Positions 45,149 through 56,429 of a DNA stretch of 64,000 nucleotides are shown here, in pieces; positions within the stretch are counted from its first letter, which is position 1, and every line of letters begins with the position of its first letter. The notes beneath the pieces are model-generated. The model was not told where the DNA came from. It saw nothing but the letters and a program-made list of their open reading frames with translations, and did not search any database. This DNA comes from the human T2T-CHM13v2.0 reference genome, Homo sapiens: the NCBI RefSeq assembly GCF_009914755.1, contig NC_060929.1; one strand, 5' to 3'. The translations under genes and the position numbers were made by a program.

Positions 45149-45580
45149 TATATATATATATATATATCTATATATGTGTGTATATATATATATATATGTA
45201 TATATATGTGTATATATAGATATATATATACACATACACACACATATGTGTGTATATATAGATATATATATACATACACACATATGTGTGTGTGTATATA
45301 CACATACACACATATGTGTATATATACATACATATACATACACATATGTATATACACATATATACACGTGTGTGTATATATACATACATATACATACACA
45401 TATGTATATACACATATATACACGTGTGTGTATATATACATACATATACATACACATATGTATATACACATATATACACGTGTGTGTATATATACATACA
45501 TATACATACACATATGTATATACACATATATACACGTGTGTGTATATATACACATATATACACGTGTGTGTATATTTATA
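45149..45580. repeat. (TA/CA/TG) low-complexity tract containing a 56-bp VNTR
   Basis: cacgtg at 45365, 45421, 45477, 45533 (period 56) and 45561. Confidence 0.95.
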
Positions 45581-45849
45581 TTTTGAAAAACAAAAGAAAA
45601 CAAGACACAAAAGAGTATATACTGTGTGCTTTTATTATATGAAATTCTAAAGTAAACATATCTAATTCTATAGTGACAGAAAGCAGATCCATTGTTAATG
45701 GAGTCCAGGGGTCAAGAGAGGTTGGAAAGGAGAACAAAGGAAACCCTTTGGGTTGATCAAAATGTTCTATATTTTGATTGGCTCATAGTTATGCGACTGT
45801 ATATAGTTTTCAAAACTCATCAAACTGTATACTTAAAATATGTTAATTT

Positions 45850-46167
45850 GGCCGGGTTTGGTGGCTGAATCCCAGCACTATGGGAGGCTGAGGTGGGAGG
45901 ATTGCTTGAGGTCAGGAGTTTGAGCACAGCCTGGAAAACATAGGGAGACCCTGTCTCAAAAACAAAAAAACAAACAAAAAAAGAAATAAAAATTAGCTGG
46001 GCATGGTGGTGTGTGCCTGTAGTCCTAGCTACTCAGGAGGCTGAAGTGCTGATTGCTTAAGCCTGAAAGTTTTAGGTTACAGTGAGCTACGATCATACCA
46101 CTGTACTCCAGCCTGGTGACACAATGAGACACTGTCTTAAAAAAAAAAAAAAGAAAAAAAAAAAAAG
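45850..46167 (+). mobile_element. AluJ
   Basis: Diverged dimeric Alu (gggaggattgcttgag), poly-A to about 46166. Confidence 0.92.
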
Positions 46168-46471
46168 GGCTGGGCACGGTGGCTCACGCCTGTAATCCCA
46201 GCACTTTGGGAGGCCGAGACGGGCGGATCACGAGGCCAGGAGACCAAGACCATCCTGGCTAACACAGTGAAACCCCGTCTCTACTAAAAATACAACAAAA
46301 TTAGCCAGACGTGGTGGGGGGCGCCTGCAGTCCCAGCTACTAGGGAGGCTGAGGCAGGAGAATGGCGTGAACCTGGGAGGCAGAGCTTGCAGTGCCGAGA
46401 TCGCGCCACTGCACTCCAACCTGGGAGACAGAATGAGACTCCGTGTCAAAAAAAAAAAAAAAAAAAAAAAA
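46168..46471 (+). mobile_element. AluY, directly after the AluJ tail
   Basis: accatcctggctaacacagtg, gaatggcgtgaacc, gagcttgcagtg diagnostics. Confidence 0.96.
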
Positions 46472-46519
46472 TCAAATGTTATTTTTTTAAATTACAACTT
46501 AATAAAGTTGATTTATAAA

Positions 46520-47125
46520 AATATGGTCATTTGTCTCTTAAAGGCATACTCAAGTTTGTCTTTTATTCTTCCAGGTCAGGAAAAAGTTGGCTTTTAACTC
46601 TGCAAAACCCTGAATATTTTGGGCTCTCTTTACTTTTACTTGCCAGCCAGCCAATGCTTTTGTGAGCTCAACTCTTTTATATTGTACCTTGTGAAATACA
46701 GCCAAACATATAAGTATACCTGCTGCTAACATTGCTACTTGTTTATTGGGATGTAATTTCCCCTCCAGCGGTTTCTACAGACAACAGTGTTACCACATTT
46801 TGCCATTAGGTAACACGGACATTACGTTCATAGCTTCCATGATCGGTTTCCTCCTCATCCACAGAACAACCACGTAGGCCAATGCCACATATTTTAAGAT
46901 TATATCATGGCATCATCCTACAGCTCATACCAAATTCTGTATTAATCAGGTTAGTCTGCGAACAATCTCAGGGTCTTAAAGTAGAAAATATATGTGTCCC
47001 ACATTACATGTCCAAAATGAATCCACAGTAGGGCTTTTCTCATCATTGTCACTCAGGGACTCAGGGTGATAGAGGCCCCAGACATAGCTTCAAGGTGAGG
47101 AAGGGTTGGAAAGCTTCACACTGGC
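46520..47125 (-). mobile_element. MLT1 MaLR internal fragment plus LTR remnant
   Basis: cataccaaattc|tgtatta internal/LTR junction near 46938; ORF 46550..46732 resembles the MaLR internal ORF. Confidence 0.55.
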
Positions 47126-47879
47126 AAGGAGTTAGAAAAGTATGAAGAGAAGAATTTGTACTCCAGATTAGAGGAGATCTGGATATTTGTGCACTTCGAT
47201 ATTATTTTCCTTAAGAGCACAAGGTTAGACATTAAAATTAATTACTTCCTCCTAATCACTCAAAACCTGTAGCAACGCTGTAACCAGAGTGCCAACAAGA
47301 GTAATAACAACCCTAACATAAATTCTTGCACAGTTAAAAGGCATGAACAAATTATAAATATAAGCGTTATCTTGAAAACTAAAAAGGTAAACATGGCTCA
47401 ACTGAGTTGGTATAAGGGAAAAGGGTTGAAGCTACTGAGTTTGAGAGACAGGAGCAAAATGCACTAGAGAGTCATGCAGAAAGCCCTTCCGAGAGAGACA
47501 AGACAAAATGCACACAAGAGCAAGTTTGGGGAGAATCATGCAAAAAGCCCTTCCAATAGACAACACTTGGCTAAACTCAACCCAATAATAATGCGGTTGA
47601 ATGGCTTCTGTGCAGAGACATATTCCTCTGTGGCTTGCTGTATTCTGCTGTATTTTTATTTTCAAAATACCTGTACTTTGTTGTTAGCTGTTATTATTTG
47701 TGTAAAAGGTTAATGTGTTGGACAGAAAAAAACTATATATGAACAAATGTGATCTATATGGTACATTACTATCTCCTATTTACCAAACATGTACTTATTT
47801 ATATTACAGAAATATGCATTATAGTGGAAAATTATATTAAACAGGAGAGCACGATGGTGACATAGAATCTATGGTCCAT

Positions 47880-48610
47880 CGTTACTCTACTTTGAAGGAA
47901 TCAGGGAAGGCTTTCTGGAGGAAGCAACTGAAACTAAGATTTGAGGTATTTTTCAAGGCCAAGCTGTTGCAAAGGACAAGAAGAAAGTATTTCAAATGGG
48001 AAGAAAATTTTGGAGAAATGTTCAGAGGCAAAAAGACAAAAAAGCAAAAAAAAAAAAAAAAAAAAAAATCCAGTACTTTTTTTGGAAAAGCTAAAAGAAG
48101 TTCAGCATTTTTGGATGTGAGAAAGTGAATGGTGTGAGGTGAAATTAGAGAATTGGAAAAGGGTTGAATCATGAGGGGCTGTAGGCTATGTGGATTTTTT
48201 TTTTTTGGTAAAAGTGGAAGGAAGTGACAAGATAAAAATGGACTAAGATTGGATTATTACAGAGGCAAGAATGAGAGCAAGGAGACCAGTGAGAAGGTTA
48301 TTGCAGCTGTCTAACAAAAAGTTGATCATGGCGTGGACCAAACTAATTATAGTGGGGTCAGGAGCAAACGGATTGAAGAGTTATCAAAGAGGTCAAACAT
48401 GTAACGGTACCGTATGTTTGTGTGGAGTGAGGTGGGAATAGGCTGGTTGAAAAGTCAAGAATATAAGGTTACTTTTGGACCTGTTATGTCTAGAACATCA
48501 GAGGTGTGGTCCAGTTGATAGATACATGAGCTTGGATTTCAGAAAACCAGTATGGGCTGAGGCATAAATTCACAGTTATTAAAACCATGCAGTGAATATG
48601 AGAATTTAGA
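47880..48610 (-). mobile_element. L2 LINE remnant
   Basis: Purine-rich reverse L2 motifs (agggaaggctttctggaggaag; gcaaggagaccagtgagaaggttattgcag). Confidence 0.65.
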
Positions 48611-50581
48611 AGAGGCTATGCTACAATTAGAAACAGGGCTGGATATTCAGGGATGTTTATCTATATTGGCTGCTCCGTGGTTGAGTGCCAGGAAGTATAG
48701 GAGGCAATCAGCACTTTTCCTTTTCAGCCCCCAGGGGACCCAGGTTGACTAAGCTGCTTTCAGTGGTGTCTGTTGGGACTGTTCAAGACGCTGGGCTGCC
48801 ATAAGTCTCTGAAAATTATAAATATGTATTATTATAGTCAGGTGCATGGGCTTAGCTTTACCACTTATTCATCATGAGAACTTGGGCAATTTCTCTGAGC
48901 CTCAGTTTACTTACATCTAAAATGAGTATAAGTATTATAATTAACACATTGAGTTACTGTGAGGATTCAAGTATTTAATACTTGAAAATGGCTTAAGACA
49001 CTGTTTAAATAAATACACACTACTCTTCTTATCTTTAGGTTCAGCATGCACATAGAGGTAGAGGGCACAGAAAGACTAGGAGATAAGAAATATTGGAGGA
49101 TGGAGTCTGTGTGCTGCTCTCTATAAACACAGGCAGGAAATAATAAGAGGTGGTGGGTACAATTCAAGTGTGCCCATTCTCCTTTTAAAGATATACAGCC
49201 ACCTGCAATATGGTTCATTACCTCCAGGGCCAGACACTGTGCTGTGTGTGACACCCACAGTAACTTACCGAGTGAGTGAGTGAGTGAGAAACTCCCCTAC
49301 AAGTGATGCTTTCTTGGCATTTTCTTTAACATCTCTATAGATTACCATTCAGATTGGGAAATTGCAGTCCATGAATCAGTTCTTTTGAGTTGAAAGTAAA
49401 ACAAATGTTTAACGAGACAGAATTTACTGTGCTGGATGTTGGCAGGACTTGAATCTCTAAGGCTGATGTTGTCCCACATACATACATAGGTAAAATACCT
49501 GCATTCTTCATTCATTTATTCATTCAGTCAATAAATATTTACCGAGAGCTTCCATTGTGCAGAGTATCACTCTAGATTCTTGAGATGTATCAATGATCCA
49601 AACAGGCAAAAATGCCAGTCCTCATGCAACCTATATTCCACATAATAAGGAAGGCATAGAGAAGGTGTGGATAATTCATGTAAAATAATTTGCATAGGTT
49701 TTCTGGAAACAAAATTCTCAATCTGACTGGTGAAATTTTTCATGAGTCTGTCTCTACTTTCTGACAAACTTTATTCCCATCCTGGTAAGCACCTCTTCTA
49801 TGTATGTATGTCTAGTATGTCCTACATTCCCAGTTCATATATGCTTCAGAATTTTAAGTATGCTAGAAACCATCTGATCTAAACTTCTCATTTTATAGAT
49901 ATGAAAATTAAGACCTCCTCAAATTAAAGGAACGTGGTTTAAGGCTTCAGAGTGAGTGGCTGTGTTTGGCAAATATGTGATTACCTGTAACAGACTTCCC
50001 CTGAAAATTAGGTAAAAGGAAATACAAAAAATAATTCAGCCACTTTTTGTCTCACTGTAATGCAGGATGCTCTCACTCTTGAGTCTTCTAATATCTATTT
50101 ATAACGTAATTCTATGTAGAAGACATAGTACTTAGAAATGAATTTTGTACAAGCAACATTAAACACAAACATAGCAGTGGCTTAAATTAGACAGAAATAG
50201 ATTTCTCTGTCATGTGAAATAAATATGGAGACCGGCAGCTCAGGGGTGGTGTGGTAGCTCTGCAATCTTTAAGACACAGATCCTGGCAGTTCACCTCTCC
50301 ACCACCCCTGGAGTGTGGCTATTGTCCTCATGTCCACCTTGGCTCCTCTAGCCACCATATCTGTATTCTAGATAGTAGGGTAATGGGAAGGGAGAATGGG
50401 GCAAAGGATATGTGCCACTGTACTGGTATGAGTCAGGGTAGATCTGAGAAGCAGATCCACAAGGAGGAAAAGAGTAAGGGTTTAGGGACTTGATCTTCCC
50501 CAGTGGTTATATTATTTATATTCTGCTCTGTTGGTTCTTTGTATGGTGCTAGGCCTGAAGAGAGCAGGACAGGCTCTCTTC

Positions 50582-51278
50582 GTGGCCAGTGTTATAAGTC
50601 AATGTGGCTAGGCTGTAGTCCCCAGTCATTCAGTCAAACTCTAATTTAGACGTTTCTGTGAAAATATTTTGCAGGTATAATTAAAGTCTCTAATCAGTTT
50701 AAGGAAGGCTATCCTAGATGACCTGGGTGGGCCTGATTCAATCAGTTGAAAGACCTTAGACGTAGAACTGAGACTTTCTAGAAGCAGAAGGAATTCTACT
50801 TGACAGCAGCTTCAGCTCATGCCTGAGAGTCCCAGTCTAGCTTTCCTGACAGCCTGCCCTACAGATACCAGACTCGCCTCACCAACCCCGACAAGCACAT
50901 AAGCAGATATACAGATATATATACCCAGTTAGCCCTCTATATCTGAATTTTGGGAAAAAATGAATGGTTGTATCTACTGAACATATACAGACTTTTATTT
51001 CTTGTCATTATTCCCTAAACAACACAGTATAACAACTATTTACATAGCATTTGCATCGTATTAGGTATTATAAGTAATCTAGGTATTATTTAAAGTATAC
51101 AGAAGAATGTGCATAGGTTATATGCAAATGTTACTCCATTTTTTATAAGGGACTTGAGCATCGGTGGACTTTGGTATCCTGGGGGCATCCTGGAACCAAT
51201 CCCTCATGGGTACTGAGAGATAACTGTATGTGTGTGCCCCCTCCTCGTTGTTTCTCTGGTGAAACCCTAAGTGATATA
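50582..51278 (+). mobile_element. MLT2 (ERVL) LTR
   Basis: gtcaatgtggctaggctgtagtccccagt...ctgggtgggcctgattcaatcagttgaa...gtttctctggtgaaaccctaa. Confidence 0.8.
50926..51226 (+). mobile_element. MER2 (Tigger-type) DNA transposon
   Basis: TIRs cagttagccctc...gagagataactg followed by TA; MER2-like interior. Confidence 0.85.
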
Positions 51279-52514
51279 GACATGATAAGAGAGAGAATAA
51301 TGAAACCCTGGAACCCATGAGGACAAAGATAAAGTAGAACCTGCATCAATCTCTACCTCCAAGCCTCCAACTTTGGTGATGCTGGTGACCTGTATGGGAA
51401 GTTACTGCTGTTGGTCACGGAGCTAACATGTACCTTGTCCAGGATTTGGAGAAGCTAAAGGAGGAGATTCAGCAGGAGTTGCTGCAAACCTGGCCTCTAT
51501 CTCAAACTGACAAGGTGAGCCAGTAGATCTGTGATAAGGTCCATGAGCTGTAACAGCACCTGACTCTACACCAGCCCTCCTAGCATAAACATGGCTGCTG
51601 CTTTGCCTCTACCATCCAAGATTGTGTAAATTTCTTTTGTGGCCCATGCTAGCTCAGAACCATATGGGGAACATAATTCTGGTATGTATCATTCTAATTT
51701 AGTCAAGTTGACACAGTAAAAACCCACCACAGCCAGTATCTTTGGAGAGGTTTCTTGGAATCTTCCACATGACACTTTTATAGCCCATTAGCCTGAACTT
51801 AGTAACATAACCACACCTGGGAGCAAGGCTAAACATCAAGGGTTTTCTTCTAAAGAAGGTGAATATGGATCTTGGAGAAGATAACCAGGCCTCTCTGCCA
51901 GAGTATTACTATTTATAGAACCCAGTTCCTACCTTCTGGAGCTTAATTTTTTAGGAGGAGAAATAAGACACTGCACAAATCTGTACTGAGCTTTGAGTTT
52001 TCAGCTAACTAGAAATACTTGCCCTTCATAGTCCCTTGGAAAACTTCATGGAGTGTTTTTATGTTTAAAGAACTTTTCATATATGAAAGTGTTTTCCTCA
52101 GGACAGCAGTGAACCAGTGTAGGCGTGTGATTCTTCACCCTGGGTGTCAGAGTGTGTTTTATATGGATTAGCAGCAAGACTTTTTAAAGGCCTTCCAGGA
52201 GCTGTGTTTTTTCACTGCAAGAAGAAAATGCAGGGTCGATGGCCAGGGCCCTCCCTTATATACATGGAATGACTTGGGGAATCTCCTTTAATACAATGAA
52301 AAGGAAACTAATTTATAGCATGGATTTACACAGATAGAACAGATTTTATTACATATCCCTTTGTACAAATTCAACCAAATCAAATGCTCATATTTGTGCA
52401 GTAATAACATTTAATATTTACTGAGCTTTACCACAGGCCAGGCACTACTCAAAGTGATTTATGTAGATTACTGCCTTTAATTTCACAAGAAAGCCATGTG
52501 GTACTTACTATTAC

Positions 52515-53068
52515 TGTCACAGGCCCTTAAGGGGGGTCATTTGACACCAGTGAGTCCTTTTCCGTCCCGGTGCTGTTCACACCAATAGAACAAGACCGGT
52601 TTGCGTGAAGTAGAGCAAAAACTTTATTTGTTGATCAAGGAATGGAGAAGGGCAGCTCAAGCTCAAAGCACCTTCCTAGGGGATGTGGTGAAGGGGGACT
52701 TCTAAGATCTCTTAGGGTATGAAGGTGGAGACTGCGGGCGAGCATTTCCGGAAAGATGCGGGGCCTTCGAGGGAGAAGTGGAGTGTGTGTAGTCTTCTTT
52801 CTTTTGCACTGGACCCTGTGTGTGCCTAGCAAAGTGCATCTCTTCCTCCACCTCCATCCCCTGCAGAGATTTTATAATGGTAGTGAAGGGAATATTCAGG
52901 TAGGGGTAGCACTGATGAGCTCAGTTCTCATCTTTTCATTTGGCTCATTCGTGGTTACTGGCGGTCAGCCTGCCCTTGGTTTCTGTAAGCAAGCACAGCT
53001 GCCAGCACAGGTTTATTTCAAAGGTTCTGGGGCTATTTAAAAGAATTGAGGTCATGTTGTTGTGATGT
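52515..53068 (-). mobile_element. LTR-like insertion (family unresolved) splitting a MIR
   Basis: Starts tgtcacagg; minus-strand aataaa near 52623-52628; MIR halves on both sides (52410-52514, 53069-53170). Confidence 0.5.
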
Positions 53069-54335
53069 TACTATTATTCACATTTGATAGATAAGGAATT
53101 GAAGCACAGACAGTAAAGTAAATTGAACAAGATCACATAAACAGCCGGGATGAACTCAGGACATGGGCATCTCCTTGATGCACTCCCAGCGCCTGGCTGG
53201 TCCCTGAAAAGGCATGTTCAGTACTCTCTCTTTACTAGAGCAGGAAAGTGAATACAAGGGCAAAGTGCTTCAACAGCAAGGAACTAAACCAGAAGGGGTT
53301 TCTACTTAGCTCATAGATTACGAGAAAGTTCCGTTAATTGGAAGTCCCATTCTAGGATCATTCCGATTAAACGCAGTTAAATAAATAACTTCTCACTATA
53401 TTGGAATCAACCCTAAAAGGAAAACTTGGAGACTTGAAAGGAGAGGATAGGGAAGGAGGGGCAGAGGTGGGTGGCTTAGCACCACCATTCAGACCTTCCT
53501 GAGTGCTCCTTTGGTGCTGTGCAAGCTTCCTTCCACAGTTATTAGAGCAGTGTGTTAGCTAAATGCTGCCAGGGCAGATGCTGTTTGTTCCTCTGTAGCT
53601 CCCAGAGCGCCTATGGGGGCTTTGCAAATCACAGAGGCTCAATACTGTTTCAGGAAGGAGTAATTGGAAGAAGGGGCTTGGGAGCAAGTTATCAGTTTAG
53701 AACCTTCCAGACTGGTACAGTGTGTTCCATTTAACACTCCAGGCAACAGAATTTGCTTTTTTCCTGTGTCACCAGGATCTACAGGGGCCGGGAACCCATA
53801 AGTGGCACATAACTAGCCTGTTGTCTTTGGGGGTTGGTGGAGGGTTTGATGCAGAGACCACCCAACTATGCTTTTTAAGCAAACAGCCAGCCCTGAGACC
53901 CCTCCGTAAGAAGGTAATCAGATGGCAGAGGATATGATTTTTCATGGATCTTAAATTTGCTTCGTACCTCTTTTTTGCCATATGGCTGACAGGCAAAACC
54001 TTGGACAGGTTGAGTGTTGCATAAAATATGAAATGAGCCTGAAGCCAGTGAATCCATGGAGGATTGTTTTTCTTCTTTCGGGCATGTGATAACAAGGGGT
54101 CCCCTGTATAACAAACAGCCGGCCGGCATTCACCTCTTGTCTCAAAATCTTCTTGGCGCCCGTTTTTGTTTTTTCAACTTGGAAATGGAATATATGAAAG
54201 ACAGACTGAACAGTGGCAATCAAAATCCAGAAGGCTGGAGACATTTCTGCCATTCACAGAATTTATGAAAATCCCTTGTCTGGAAGGCTCTTGGAGAGCT
54301 CAAAATGCTCGGCGCGGCTGGTGAGTTCCCTGCAG

Positions 54336-54407
54336 CAGCTGGAAGTGGAGCTATAAATAGAGCGGGGAGGGAAGCGCCCTCCTGAGGGGAGCGGGCGGGA
54401 GATTCCC
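54336..54407 (+). promoter_or_regulatory. Motif cluster: E-box, MEF2/TATA, GC box, NF-kB
   Basis: CAGCTG 54336-54341; CTATAAATAG 54351-54360; GGGAGATTCCC 54397-54407; consensus matches only. Confidence 0.5.
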
Positions 54408-55169
54408 GGCTCTCCCCTCCGCCGCCGCGGCGCGTTCTACGCCGGGGGAAGCCGGCTGGCGGGCGCGCGGCCTTAACCCGTGCGACGCCGGGCAGCTCCT
54501 GCGGCAGCCGGGGAGGGCGTGATGGAGACCACGCTGGAAATGGGAATCAAGGCACGTTTCTAACCTTGTACTGGAACGATACATAGTCTGCGATTTCTCT
54601 CCCTCCCTGTCTTTCCTCTGCAGCTCCCCCCGGTTAACACCCGAAATTCGGCCTTAGAATACACACACACGATGGAATTTGTTCCATATCTTTTTTTTTA
54701 ACCTTCGATAGGCATAAATCCAAACCTAAAATTAAAATCATCCCCAAATTTGGTTTTGGGAATCATGTTGGTTTTCACCCTTGAGCGGCGTTCCCTCCCC
54801 AGTGCCGCATGCTGCTTAAGGACTGTTACTTTCTTGGGGAGGGAAGTATCAAATGGAAACGGTGTGTGTGTGCGCGCGCGCGTTTATTTTTGGCGCATGC
54901 ACACCCCTCGGTAGCCTCAAGGTCGGCGATACCCTGAGCATTCGGGCCCCCGCCTGCAGGACTCGCTCCTGCCAGCCAAGGACTCAAGAAGGAGGGAGTC
55001 CCCAGTCCCGGCGGGGCGCCTGGGATTCGGTTCAATATTTAGCACAGTCAGTACCGAAGCAGGGGCAGCCAGGTGGGAGCTGGGCGCCCAAAAGTTGGAC
55101 CCCAATCAGCAGCGAGTGGGCAGCGGGGGCCTGGCTCGCCCGCGCCCGCGCCCCGGAGCTCTCCGGCTG

Positions 55170-55435
55170 GCTCTCTGCTCCCCGAAGCTGGGGAGCCGGG
55201 GGCGCTCTCCCGGGCCGCAAGCAGGCACGGAATTTGACGCCCGAGAGGCAGATGGTCCTGGCTAGGACTCCTGATTCTTCTCAGATGGAAACAGTTTCTC
55301 CCGGTGAACCTGCCGGAATTCTCAGTGGACTCGATCTTCAGCTTTGTCCACTGGCGCATTTCACCAAGGCCGCATTTACCGCTTTGAGGCAAATTTGAGC
55401 TTCAAATGGAGCGGGACTCCTGGTTGCAGAACGAG
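55170..55435 (+). other. Candidate non-coding/5'UTR first exon
   Basis: Donor GAG|GTAAGG at 55435/55436 at the island edge, downstream of the CCAAT box; start position is a guess. Confidence 0.4.
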
Positions 55436-56169
55436 GTAAGGTCGCGACTAAGGTGACATTGACTAGGGCCACAGATTTAATGGGGACCAGCCTCCCCTAG
55501 GGAGGATACTAAAGTGAAGTTTGCCTGGGCTTTCACTCCTCCCCTCCCTCTTGCTTACTTTTCTCCAGCACCCACTCATACCTTAAAAAGAAACATTCTC
55601 CTGGGTGGGTGACTCCCTTAGGCTATATTCAGCATTTGAGAGTTCTGCACTAGAGGCCATGTCACAGCGCGACCTGAAGTTCCCTATCCTCCCTTCCGTC
55701 TTCCATCCTTCCCCCCTTGTCCTCTTTCTCGGCTCTCCTCTTTTCCTTATCCAATCTTTTATTTATTTTGCCATCCCTCTTTGGAACTTCTTTTTCCTGT
55801 CTATGAAAATATGAACCAAATGAAGGGAGAGAGGGCAGAAGGTTGTGATTTTTCTGTGTAATGCTGAGGTTATAGGGTATATGGATTGATGGTTTATGAG
55901 TTATTGATTTGGTTTTGTTGAGCACCTACTCTGTGCTGCTGTTCAACTTCTTCAAGTTGGGGGTGACCAGACTGTTTTCTAGAAAATAAATTGCCCCAAG
56001 AACTTTGTCCTACCTCCTCTTCTTCTTTCTCTAGGGTGTGGGAATGCGCATCTGCAAGACCAGAGGATGCAGAGCTTGCAGGAAGGAGGAAACTCACTAG
56101 GTTCAGGTTGGTTTGGTGCCTTTATGCCCTCAAGCCATGGGTAGTTAAAACAAAAATCACACATAAATA

Positions 56170-56410
56170 ATACTAATAACACATTTATTGAACACCTGCT
56201 GTGTTTGTGGTATTGTTCTAAGAACTTTACAAATACTAACTCATTTAAACCTCATAACTACCCCACAGAGTAAGGAGTACTATTATGTCTTTTTTACAGA
56301 TGGGGTAACTCAGAAACAGATGATTAAGTAATTTATTCATAATCATACAGTTAGTAAGTGGGGGAACCGAGATTGAAGCTCAGCATCTGAGTCTAGAACA
56401 GAGCTCTTCA
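56170..56410 (-). mobile_element. MIR SINE
   Basis: aacacatttattgaacacctgctgtg...ttttacagatggggtaactcag. Confidence 0.8.
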
Positions 56411-56429
56411 TACATTACATATCTCTGTC

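Larger units (their letters stand above)
50419..51731 (-). mobile_element. ERVL-type LTR inserted in MLT1
   Basis: TG...CA termini (tgtactgg...aacccaccaca) with flanks gccac/gccag. Confidence 0.55.
50145..51900 (-). mobile_element. MLT1J/K-type MaLR LTR split by nested insertions
   Basis: gcagtggcttaaa...gccaccatatctgtattctag (left part); cattagcctgaacttagtaacataaccacacct (right part). Confidence 0.6.
54300..55450. promoter_or_regulatory. CpG island promoter
   Basis: Only strongly GC- and CpG-rich non-repeat region; GC box 54393-54398, CCAAT 55102-55106, TTTGGCGC near 54888-54895. Confidence 0.85.

Noticed and set aside
54826-55398. 181-aa ORF and overlapping antisense ORFs in the CpG island
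   Set aside because: GC-rich DNA is depleted of stops, open frames occur on both strands, and there is no recognisable domain.
54300-55450. Assigning a gene name to the CpG island
   Set aside because: I do not recognise the sequence, so a name would be a guess.
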